A DNA stretch of 64,000 nt. Source: Geosiphon pyriformis uo1. Its lineage: Eukaryota > Fungi > Glomeromycota. The stretch lies in the NCBI GenBank assembly GCA_016748015.1, contig JAAOMT010000710.1:372001-436000 (forward strand), written 5' to 3'. The position numbers and the translations under genes were made by a program. How positions within the stretch are numbered: position 1 is the first letter of the stretch; each line of letters begins with the position of its first letter. Of this stretch, positions 50,401 through 62,200 are shown piece by piece. The notes under the pieces are model-generated. The model was not told the origin of the DNA. It saw nothing but the letters and a program-made list of their open reading frames with translations, and did not search any database.

Positions 50401-53107
50401 AAAAGTAACAGGTATGAGTTTCATATTCTTCTTCTGGAGAAATACATGCTCCCATTGATAAAAGTTTTTTGTTGCAATCTTTGCATTTGAGTAGAATATA
50501 GGGTGGTTGTTTCCGTGGTTCTGGTGTAGAATATCTAACTTTTTTCTATCCTCTTGATTCTTCAAAAATCTCCTGTTCTGTTTCTTCAGCCCAATTGGAT
50601 GTTGATCCAAGAGCCATGTAGGTTTCAGTAAGTGGCATTTCTTTCTTCTCTTTAAATTCAAATACTGGGGCTTTTTCTGATTGTTTGTTAAAGGTACCAC
50701 AGATTGCAGGTACTATGGTATATTGTTCTTGATATAAGATTTTAAGTTCTTGAGTTTCCCAGTTCAGGTTTGCATTGGCCTTGAGAAGCCAATCATTTCT
50801 GACTAGAGCTTAATATTGGGATGCATTCATAACAAGAACTTTAACTTGAATGGTAATTTCATTAATTGAAAAGGGGAAATCATCAATTTCTCTTACTGGA
50901 GTCTTTTTCATACCATCAGCTGTGACAATAACTGTTTGAGCTGGTCTGTCTATGTTTTGTTTGAGTTGTTGCATCAGCTGGTAAGTAATAATACTTCCAG
51001 CCGATCCACTATCTAAAATTAAGCGAATGGGTTTTCCTTTTATTATAGCTTCTGTGTACATAGCAGTAATTGCTTTCTGTTCATTAACTGCTGTATTACT
51101 AAGCAGAAATGGTGATTCATTTGCTTTAAATTCAAATGGAAATATATCTGACAGATTGGCATTTTGGGCAATTTGAGCTGGTGAAATAGTGTGGTTGGAA
51201 GAGTTTGATCTTGGTGCTGCAACTTCACCTTCAGAAAGTGCAGTTTGTTAAAAATCCGATTCCTCTGATATTGTAAGATAACTGGGTTGAGTGTAATAGT
51301 GATTGGGTTTTTGCTGACCAGAATTTCGGAGAACCAACTGGTTATTTGGATTGATTCTGTTGTGGTTGCTCTGCAATTGATTTTGGAGTGTAAATTGGTT
51401 ATGTTGAACCAATTTTCTTGCTGGTACTTGATATTGTTGAGTGGGTGGTGTCTGATATGGCTGAATTGGTAAAGGTTGCTAATATTGTTGCTGCATTGGT
51501 TGTGGAGCTGGTGGATAGTAATTGTTTTGATTTTGTGGTCTTGGTGAATAATAAGTTGGTGGTGGAGATTGGTAATAGGATTGTTGTGGGGAAGAGTAAC
51601 ATTGATTACTCCTGTTTTGTTGGTCTCTTTGTAATTTCCTACAATCTCATTTTCAGTGTTCTGGAATTCCACAATAATGACAATTTTGAGGTTGGTTGTT
51701 GGATGATGATCCAAAATTGTTTTGGTTGTGTTGTTATGGGGGTTGATATCTTTGTGGTTGTTGTTGCTGTTGTTGTTGGTTTGTGAAGTAGCTTTCAACT
51801 TTTTTTGTGAGTTGGTCTATTTTCTTTTCAGCTGCTGAGCTGGTTTCTCCAATTGCAAGATTTACAAGCTTGGTGTGATTTGCTTCTTCTATTGCCATTT
51901 CATAGCTCTTTGCATGTCTAATAGCAGTTGCTAAGTCTGCTGGAGCATGTAGATAGACTTTCTTAATCAGTTTGTCTTTTAACCCTGCTATAAACTGATC
52001 CAAAATTTGAGCATCAGAATAGTAGTCATTGGTTTCTAATTGTCGGATTCGTCTGAAAAGTTTGTTAAATCTTCCAAAATAAGTCATAACAGTTTCAGAT
52101 GTTTCTTGTTTGATATTGCAAAAGTGGTTTCTGAGAGTGATAAAGGTATTGTTGTCGGTGAATTGTTGTAGAAAAGCATCTTTGAATGCTTGCCAGTTTT
52201 CAAATGGTTCTACTAAGTTTTCAAACCATTTTCTTGCTGTTTCTTGAAGAAAGTAGGAAATTGCTTTGAACATTTTTGCTGCGATCCAACCATTTGCATC
52301 TCCTGCTTTTTAAACTTTGTCAAGCCATTTTTGAAGACTGGTATCATTGTCTTCACCAGTGAATTCTGGGATTTTTGCAATGTAAGCAGTTGCCATTTCT
52401 TCTTCGTTTTCTGTAATTTCTTTTGATTTAGTTTCTTCACTTTTCAAGCTTTCTAAATGATTACTTTTGTTTTCCTGTAAGTAATCAATGATATTGATAC
52501 TTGTTGATATTGGTTCCTGTTGTTGAGTAGGATTTTTAGGTGACTGAAAATCTTCTGGTCTGGAGAAATAGTTAAGTGGTGAACTTGGTGTTTGTGATTG
52601 AACAAGTGAAATTGGAAATGATGCAATAGAAAGTAGTAATTTGACACTAGTTCCTTGTTCAGGTGTTTGCAAATGTTTGGCAGTTGTCTTTTGTAGTGTT
52701 GGAGTGTTTGGAGTAGTTTTTGAGTATTGCTTCAATCTTTGTTTGTCTTTGTTGCTTGTTTCTGTCTTTGATTCAAAATCAAAAGAGTATTTAGACTGTA
52801 CTAGGTATTTTTCTTCACAATGCTCAATAATGTTAAAATTAAGTTCTTGAAAGTAGGTAGCAAGTGTTTTACTGTTCAGGTCTTCTGTTTCCAATTGTGA
52901 ATAGTGCACTAAATTATTGTAGAGGTTGCTTCTAACTTCTGAAATGTTGTAGTTTCCAAAAAGATAATTGTTGATGCGGTTTTCAATATATTGGTATACT
53001 GATTTCTTGACAACTTCAATTTCGTCTGGAATGTTGAATCTTTGCTTGCAGTGGGTGTAAATTAACTGGTAATACTCTAGAGTTGCTGTGTCTGGTGTGG
53101 TTGCCAC
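47489..53107 (-). pseudogene. G4 ORF1: Gag-PR-Cys-rich domain-dUTPase-RT-RNase H (1873 codons, no net frameshift, internal stops)
   Basis: ORF-track starts 53107, 52273, 51061, 50455, 49381 and 48310 and the stop at 47491 are all in one frame. Confidence 0.93.
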
Positions 53108-53436
53108 TTTGAATTTGTTGTTACTGTGTTATTTCCNNNNNNNNNNNNNNNNNNNNGTAGCAAGTGTTTTACTGTTCAGGTCTTCTGTTTCCAATTGTGA
53201 ATAGTGCACTAAATTATTGTAGAGGTTGCTTCTAACTTCTGAAATGTTGTAGTTTCCAAAAAGATAATTGTTGATGCGGTTTTCAATATATTGGTATACT
53301 GATTTCTTGACAACTTCAATTTCGTCTGGAATGTTGAATCTTTGCTTGCAGTGGGTGTAAATTAACTGGTAATACTCTAGAGTTGCTGTGTCTGGTGTGG
53401 TTGCCACTTTGAATTTGTTGTTACTGTGTTATTTCC
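52857..53436. other. Assembly gap (20 N, 53137-53156) flanked by an identical 280-bp duplication
   Basis: 52857-53136 equals 53157-53436. Confidence 0.9.
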
Positions 53437-53452
53437 ATGGGAGAGCACCAAA

Positions 53453-54444
53453 TGTTACTGGAGGTTTTTGGTCTCTTTTCTTGAATATTGTAAATGTCTG
53501 TTGGTTGCAAATTCACGTTTTCTAGAAGTAGTTGAACCTTCAATAACTGAATTTATCTTCAAATTATCTTCTATAATTTGAACTTGCTGGGCTTATAAGT
53601 GAAATGGCCAATTCCGTGCCAGTTACTTTATGTAGTTATATTGTAGTAAATGTCAACTCTTTTTCAGGAATTGCTCATCTGGAAGCTCACTAAAATGTGT
53701 AATTACTTTGCTGTAAAAGTCAACTCTTCTACAGGAATTTTGTCTGTAGGCTATCCTAATGATTGTAATAAGAAAATACAAAAAAATAAAAAAAATGTAA
53801 AAGAAATAAAATTCTGTCAAGGGAAATGTTCTTTATCTAGGCCTGGAGTCACTAACAGTTTACTGAAATTGGTAGCTAATCAATTTCAAAATGTTAGTTG
53901 GGTTTTGAGGATTTTCCAAGTGCAATAATTAAAGAATTTGGTTTTTCAAATTATTTGATATTTATTTCTTTTTGTGTGTATAGGAACAGTTCTAAGAAAT
54001 AAATCTAAAGTAAAATACATTTTTTTGAAAAAAAAAGCTCTTCTTTTATACAACTTGTTATAGTACTAGTTTATGAACTTGCACTTTTTCTCTTTGCTCA
54101 AATTTTGGCAAACTAAAGATATATTTTGATAAACTACAAGTTATTTCGCTAAACTATTGATTAATTTGGGTGAACTATTCATAATTTCGGCAAATTTCTT
54201 ATAAATTTTGGCGAATTTCTGTAAATTTTGGCGAATTTTTAGAATGTTACAAAGTTCAGAGTATTGTATAATTTAATCATTCTACTTTCTGTTATACTAA
54301 TTAAATTATTTTAATTGAATCATGATATGTGATAATTGATTAAATAATAAATGATAATTTGAAATGATATTAATATACTAATTAATTATAAGAATTATAA
54401 GGGTAATTTTATGCTAATTAATAGCTAAAATTCTACTGGTAACA
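53453..54444 (-). repeat. G4 5' LTR
   Basis: Followed (minus strand) by TT and PBS TGGTGCTCTCCCATGG. Confidence 0.95.
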
Positions 54445-54448
54445 TTGT

Positions 54449-55577
54449 CTGTAAGAAGAATAAAAAAATCCGATTTTGTGTAAACTATAAGAAACTCAAT
54501 AGTGTAACTTGTAGAGACAGCTATTCAACTCCACGGATACAAGAACTATTCGACACTTTTAGTAGAAACAAATGGTTCTCAACATTAGACTTGAATAGTG
54601 GTTACTGGCAAGTAGCCATAGATCTAGCTGACAAAGAAAAAATGGCATTCACCACAAAAGAGGGAAACTTTGAGTTTGAAGTTATGCCATTCGGCTTAAC
54701 CAATGCTCCAGCTATATTCTAACAGCTAATAGAAATTGTGTATACTAGTTTATTGTGAAAATTAGTAGTTGTATACTTGGATGACACCAATGTGTTCTCA
54801 AAAACATTCGATGATCATCTACGTCATCTCCAACAAGTGTTCAAAAGACTACAACAAGTAGGATTAAAATTGAATGCAACAAAGTGTTTTTTTGGCAAAA
54901 CAGAACTAAAATTCTTGGGACATATAGTTAGCAAAGATGACATAAAAACAGATCCAGAGAAAATAGAGATAGCAAAAAACTTTTCAATACCAACCAACGT
55001 AACTGAGCTGAAATTATTCTTAGAATTCACAAGCTATTATAGACACTTCATAAAAAACTTTTCAAAAATAGCACAACCACTCAATGATCTTCAAACCAAA
55101 AATGCAAAATATGAATGAACTGAAACCCAACAAGAAGCATTTGACATTTTAAAAAGAAAGCTTATTCAAGCTCCAGTATTGATCTATTCAGATCATAGTA
55201 AACTATTCATTATTACCACTAATGCATCAGGTCAAGCATTAGAAGCAGTACTATATCAGAGAGGATTGGATGAAAGAAAACATCTAGTCACATATGCCAG
55301 CCAAGATTTGACTCCAGCCGAAAAAAACTATGGAACACCAGAATTAGAATATCTAGCAATCTATTGAGCAGTTATGAAATGGAAAAAATACTTGAGCCAA
55401 AAGTTTAAGATGTACACAGATCACAAAGGATTGATATCACTCCAAAAACAAGAATTTGGAGATGGAAAACAATCAAGATGGAAAATGGCTCTTTCGACAT
55501 ATACTTATACTATACATTATAAAAAGGGAAAAAACAATGGAAATGCCAACAGTTTGTCACAAATAAGACAAATCTAA
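54449..55577 (+). pseudogene. G3 ORF1, right part: RT-RNase H
   Basis: KIRFCVNYKKLN, MPFGLTNAP, VYLDDT, YTDHKGL; ends SQIRQI-TAA. Confidence 0.9.
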
Positions 55578-55638
55578 GAACATTTCAACCCAAAAATATA
55601 ACAAAACCAAAACAATACTCACAAAAATATAACAAAAG

Positions 55639-57020
55639 ATAAACACACAAAAATATCAACAACTTCAACATTATATAGATACTCAACAGTTCAAGAAGAA
55701 ATTATCTCAACCAGAACAAAAAAAAATCAAACAACAATCCAAATATTTTATCACTCACCAAAATATACTTTATCAGAAAAATAGAAAAGATTCAGATCAA
55801 CCAACCAGAGTAATTACAGAACCAGAAAAGGAGACAATACTGTTCAACATGCACTCAGATCTAACTGCAGGATATTTTCATAAAGAAGCAACCATGGAAA
55901 GAACCAGAAAGAGATACTATTGGCCATCAATGTATCCAAACATCATCCAATATGTGCAAAATTGTGATACTTGTCAAAGAAGAGAAGAAACAAGACCCAG
56001 CAAACCATTGAAACCAATCAAAGTGGAACAACCATTTGACTGCATTGGAATCAATTTAGTTGGACCATTGACAATTACCAGCAGAGACAACAGATATATT
56101 GCAGTAGCCATAGACTATCTTACTAAATAGCCAGAAGCCAAAGCAATTCAAAGAGCAGATGCAGAATCCATTGTTGAATTTGTCCATCAAGATCTGATTT
56201 GTTGACATGGATGTCCGAAAGAACTATTATTAAACCAAGGAACCCATTTTGTGAATAGAACATTAGCAGAACTAAGCCAAAGATTCGGAATTAAGAGACC
56301 ACTATCATTACCATATCATCTACAAACCAATGGATTAGTTGAAAGATTTAATAGAACATTGTGTAAAGCAATAGCAAAACTCAGCCAAGAAAACCAGGAT
56401 GAATAGGATTTGTTCATATTATTAGTATTATTTGCTTATTGGACAATGAAACAAGACACTATACAAGCAATACCATTTGAATTGATATACGATAGAACAG
56501 CAACATTACCAGTTGAAATAGAGATTAATACATATTTAACTGAACCAATAACAGAAGAGAATTTCTAAGAAACATTGTTAAGAAAAACATATGACTTAAT
56601 AAAAACATTAGAAAACAAACGAAAAAGAGCAGCTGATAACATACAAAAATCACAAGAGAAACAGAAAAAAAGACATGATAATTAACTACCAGACAAACCA
56701 GTTGAATTCAAATTGGAGACAAAATACTCTTACATCATACCAAAGTGGAAAAACAATGGAGTGGAAAATTCGACCCCAAATGGAATGGACCATTTTACAT
56801 AAAAGAAATTCTAGGGAATGGAGCTTACAAATTAAGACTGGATAACAAAATTTTAACCAAAGCAGCACATGGAGATTGACTGAAACCATACCACAATATC
56901 ACACCACCATCCACCAATAATATTTCACAATTAGGAGTATAGAAGATACTAGTCCAACCAGAGAAAATTCCATGAGATTTGGAACCAATCATCATCATTG
57001 ACAACAACATGTTAAATTAA
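55639..57020 (+). pseudogene. G3 integrase ORF
   Basis: ATA (decayed ATG) 55639; MHSDLTAGYF..CDTCQ; QTNGLVERFNR; KWNGPF; ends DLEPIIIIDNNMLN. Confidence 0.88.
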
Positions 57021-57044
57021 TTCATCAAAAAAATATATAAAAAC

Positions 57045-57737
57045 ATGGTAGATGTAACAAAAAATATCAGAAAAATGGAAATCACAGACAACATCTACTT
57101 ACTAGCACAACAATTCTTTCAATTGATTCAACACCAAGAGATAGAAATTACAATTAATCAACAAACCATCTGATATCAAGACACTAAAAAGACATTGCCA
57201 CATAGAACACAGAAGAAAACAGAAAATACTATTGACAAAATCATTGCAAAAGTAAAATTAGCAATAAAAGAGTTGACAAAAGAGTCACTATACCAAGAGT
57301 TGACTAAAGAAACTTAGAATTAGTGGATACAACAATTTCCAAGAAACTATTATTATTTTTACTTAGAACAACATGTGAATATTCAGAATCTATATATGGA
57401 TAAAACAAAGCAATTATTTGACACAAGAATACTACAACAATTAGAATATTTTGTGGGAAAAAACAACTTATCCACACAAACCTGAGCCATATACCAAATA
57501 CACACAGTATTTCAGGATTGACCAGAAATTTTACTCAACAAAGCAATGGATATAGTTATCAGTAATCAATTAGGAAAGATTACCAATGCTCAATTTGAAG
57601 AATTACAGACTCAAATAACACAAGTAATTCTTGAAAATGAAATTCAGGAAATACTTCAAGAAGAGGAATTAACAGAGTTAGATTTCAACAAAGCTCAATA
57701 TTAAAAGGAGGGAATAATGTTACTCATAGAAATATAA
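57045..57737 (+). pseudogene. G3 ORF3 (divergent homologue)
   Basis: 231 codons in one frame; YYYFYLEQ, AIYQIHTVF, LGKITNAQF and EGIML align with G4 ORF3. Confidence 0.75.
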
Positions 57738-58588
57738 GGAATATATATTAGCATAGTTATTAACCAATCAGAAGTAGACATAGTAAAATGTGGAATTCCA
57801 GAATTCCTCTCAGGAATTGCAGGATTCCAGAAATTACAGGATTCTTACAAGGAATCACAGGATTCCAGAATTCCAGGATTTCTCTCAAAGGAATTGCAGG
57901 ATTCCAGGAATTCCAGGATTCCTGTTGTGAAGAATTGAGAAATTGAAAAATCTCAATTATGTATATATAGCAATAGGATTAAAAGCTAAAAAGACAGATC
58001 TCTCAGTTTAGATTTTATCTAAACAACTTTTCAAACCACAAATAAATAACTGTTTGTTATCTCAAACCTGCTGTCATTATCAATACTTCATGTTGATAAT
58101 AATTGATACTTAACCACACTAGAACAATAGCTCTTAATCACAGCTATTGATGGAATACTAACTTGCAAATCATCTTGGCTTATTTCTTTTCTTTTTTTAT
58201 TTTATTTTTTTTTCTTTATTTCTTGCTTTGGTTTTATTGTTGTTTACTAATTCTATTGAAGATTAACATGTGGGGTACTGACATTAGAATAAACGTGACT
58301 AGTAAAAGACCCAGAAATAAGGGTAGAACACTCAATTGAAGATAGCTTACCAGGAGGAATACCAGCCATCAAGCTGAGAAAAAAATTGACAAAACTGCAG
58401 TTTTAGGAAGCTATGGATAAAACTATTACTATTGAATCTCTGTCTATTATACAAAGAACTCAACCAAACCCTTCAGATACAAACTTTTTAGACACAAACC
58501 TTCAGATCACTATTAATTGCAACTAAATTTGAGCACCAAGTTATGAGTTTATTATTTAATCTAACACCAGAAATAGTTACCTATAACA
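57718..58588 (+). repeat. G3 3' LTR
   Basis: Copy of 38206-39066. Confidence 0.95.
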
Positions 58589-59290
58589 CTGAAATGTATC
58601 TTTAGTTTACCCAAATTGAAAAAAAAGAAAAGTGCAAGTTCAAGAATAGTACTACAACAAGTTGTATAAAAGAAAAGCTTCTCTTTTCAAGAAAATGTAT
58701 CTTTCCCATATCTTATCATAGTATTTTACTTTAGATATCTTAATTGAAACAAATCATTTTTTACAAAAATCAAATAAAAATTAAATATTTGAAAACCAAA
58801 TCCTCAAAATTATTACACTTGAAATTCCCTCAAACACAAACTAACGTTTTAAAATTGATTAGCTACCAATTTCAATAAGCTGTTAGTAATTCCAGGCCTG
58901 AATAGAAAACGTTTTCCTTGATAAAATTCTATTTTTTTTATTTTTTTTTTATTTTTATTTTATTTTATTTTCTTATTACAATCATTAGAGTAGCCTACAG
59001 ACGAGATTCCTGTAGAAGAGTTGACTTTCACAGTAAAATAACTACACATTTTAGGGAGCTTCCAGAAGAGCAATTCCTGAGAAAGAGTTGATATTTACTA
59101 CAATGTAACTACACAAAGTAACTGGCATGGAATTGGCCATTCCATTCATAAACCCAGTAGTTCAAATTATAGGAGATAATTTGAAGATAAATTCAGTTAT
59201 TGGAAGTTCAACTACTTCTAAAAAATGTGAATTTACAACAAACAGACATTAACAACATTTAAGAAAAGAGACCAAAAACCTCTGGTAACA
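58589..59290 (+). repeat. G2 3' LTR, right part
   Basis: Matches 29274-29965. Confidence 0.95.
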
Positions 59291-62200
59291 CTGGTTTAGA
59301 TTTTGGTTATATGGACTTCAGAGTTGTAATTGTTATGGATATTTCTCTGGCTAAACATATGTGTAAGATTTCTGAGCTGTCTAGTCAGCTTATTTCTGTC
59401 AGGTTATTCTTTAAAAATAAACTTTCTGTTTTAATTTTAGGACTTTACGCTGGTACTTCTTCCTTAGTTTAGTTTTCTCAAGCCAGTAATATCAATTCTC
59501 TAATTGCAAGAACTGTAAATAAATCTTTTTTTGTTATCTTAAGTAGCAATTTCAATAAAGATGGTTCTTACAAGAGTGCCAGTTTTAAGAAGTGCTTTGA
59601 TTTAGATTTGGTCAATTCTTTGAGTAGAAGCTTGTTTGTAAAAGTGCTAACTTAAACTAATTCTAGAGGTGTTACAAAAACAATTAACTACGTGCTCATT
59701 TTTTCTAATCTGATTAATGTATTGGTGGGTTTCGATATGCTTTCTGTTGAGAAATATTTTAACACTAATTACCAGGCTGTCTTTGTCTCTGTGTGACTAG
59801 GGAGTTTGTTGGATGTGTATTTGAATTTTTTATATAAGCAGACAAATATAGATCATTGAAAGTTTGATGTTAAAAATGCTAATGGAGTGAAATAAAGTGA
59901 ATTTAAGAATGCTATAGCAGCTAATGCTATGATGTTTTCTGACAATTTTGCTACATCTAGGTGATTTTCTGATTTGGATATGATGTGGGATGTTGTTCAC
60001 AAGATTGTTACTCTTTTAGCTAATAAGACTTTCAAAAAAAAGTGGTTTAAAAGTTTTGATGATATCTTTACTAAAAAATCTTCTAGGTTTTACAAGTTAG
60101 AAATTTTGGTGTCTAAATTGGTTAAAACTTCTTATTTAGTTTCTAGTGGAGAATTCACATCATTGATAGATAAGTGAAACATGCTTAACATAGCTAGTAC
60201 ATTAATTGTGAATTTTTTTTTTCTTTCAGGTTCTAATTTTAATATTATTCAGTCAGCTCTGGCCAGAGCAAGAAAGTTTTATCATTCTTTTAAGTTGCTG
60301 AAATTCAGACATGCTGAGAAATCTTACATCAAGTTGGCTATCAATAAAAGAATAAAAAGCTTTGAATTAGACAAGAGTCATACCATCAAGAGTGTATTGG
60401 AGTGTCCTTTTTGCAAAGTGGTACTGAATTATTTGGTTATAGATAATGAGCTGGTTTTGGAGTCTGAGTTAGTTAAATTTAAAGTGGATAAGATCATAGA
60501 AGATTAGACCAGAAAGCATGAGATGTTCTCTGATATCTCTGATAATTGGTTTTATCAATATTAGCTTTTGGATCATGTTTTTGATAGTGCTTTTTCTAAT
60601 GTGATATGTCTAATTAGTTTCAATAAAATGTTCAGTGTGATCTCAGATCTGTCTGATGAGAAAATAGCCAGTCTGTCTGACATCTCAAATAAATTGTGAA
60701 AACACTGTAACAATCTGGTTTTGAATATGCTTTTGGTGCTTTTGAATTTGTGTTTAATTTGTGAATCAGTATCTAAGCCTTAAAAGAAAGCTTAGATTTC
60801 AATAATTCTCAAGCCATATGAGTGGAAAAGTGTTTTTATGAATACCTGCCCTATTGTTTTGATTAAGACAGTTTGCAAAATTCTCTCCAAAATTCTTTTA
60901 GACAAAATTTTTTCTTCTTGTAGCACTTTTAAGGTTCTCTGAAGAGATAACTTTTTTGTTTTAAAAAGTACAACAACACAGTCCCCCATTTTTGCCATTG
61001 ATTCTGTAGTTGAGAATGTCTTAAAAAAGAACTGAGAACTGTGGCTTGTTTTACAGAATATGCATAAGATTTATGACTTTGTTGGATAAGAACATTTTAG
61101 GAGGAGTTTGATTAGGATCAAAATGTATAACAAATTCATTAGATTTTTTAGTAGTATTTACAATGGTTGTGTCAACAGAGTAATGACAAACTTTGGTTTA
61201 ACTGACAGATATCAGGTTCACAATGGATTGGATCAAGAAAAAGTTTTCTCATTTCTTCTTTGGTGCATATTCTATAATCTGTTTTTATATAAGATCAAGA
61301 AGCAAGAAAGTATGTGTAGTTACAAATTGAATTCTTATTTTGTTGCTAAGTTTGGTTAAGTAAAATTTTAGGTTGGAATAACATTTTTTCTTGCTGTTGG
61401 TGCTTTTGTCAATGATACAATCTGGGTTAATAGTAGCCAAACTACTACATAACACATTCTCAATATCACTAGTGAATTTTTTCAGTTCAATGAAATTTCA
61501 ATTAATAATGACAAAACTATGGCTATTTTTATAAACTACAAGGTTGCAAACTCATTTTTGACTGTCAGTGGCTTGCCTGTTTCTATTACTAAAAAAGAGA
61601 AATTTCATTACTATTTGGGCATTTTTTTATCTTCTGAGAGTTTGTTGAAGTCCAGCTTGGCTAAGGCTCATTTGGATGTCCAGTTTTTTACCAATCTAAT
61701 TTTAAGAAAGGCAATTTCTGATAAGCAGTTCATATATTTGGTGTTCGCAGTTTTTTATTCTATTATTGGTTATAGGATTCAATTTAGTTATATTTTTATT
61801 GACACATGTAATAAATACAATGCTCTAATTTATAAGAGTTTAAAGTCTAAATCTGGTTTGCCACTCGATTTCCCTAATGATACTATTTATTATCTTTTTC
61901 TGTATGGTCTGAAAACTTTTGAACAAATTCAAGCTAAGAGCAAATCAGCTGCTGCTGTTTTTTTTGTAAACTTTGTTGGAATTTTGGGTTGGCTGTTTTA
62001 TCACAGATCTTATGACTTGCAAGTTCTTAGCTGGTGTTCACTTCACTCTTTGCAGTTTCCAGTTCATATCAGAGTCAACTCTTTAAATAACTTTTTGGCA
62101 AGTGTGATTCATATTTTTTCTAAATGTGATCTGTTCTTGAATGTTCCTATGGCTAATGTTTTTAAGTTTCAGAATAAAACTCCTATGTTTCTTGTTTTTG

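Larger units (their letters stand above)
44261..54444 (-). mobile_element. G4: full-length Ty3/Gypsy element (close to G2), innermost insertion
   Basis: LTRs 53453-54444 and 44261-45201; TSD TCGT/TTGT; PBS 53435-53450; PPT ~45205-45214. Confidence 0.97.
38206..58588 (+). mobile_element. G3: full-length Ty3/Gypsy element of a second, divergent family; RT split by G4
   Basis: LTRs 38206-39066 and 57718-58588; TSD CCGA/CTGA; PBS TGGTGCTCCCTGTGAGG 39069-39085; PPT ~57703-57714. Confidence 0.96.
29000..59290 (+). mobile_element. G2: full-length Ty3/Gypsy element (G1/G4 family); 3' LTR split by G3
   Basis: TGTTACCAG..CTGGTAACA; TSD CTGG at 28996-28999 and 59291-59294. Confidence 0.96.

Noticed and set aside
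51043-51798. 251-aa alternative-frame ORF (also 31325-31789, 40923-41186 and antisense V/L-rich ORFs)
   Set aside because: Shadow frames of CAA/CCA-rich Gln/Pro coding sequence, stop-poor by composition.
52857-53436. Apparent tandem duplication of the G4 gag start
   Set aside because: The copies are identical and flank a 20-N gap while all real repeats here are mutated; this is an unmerged contig overlap.
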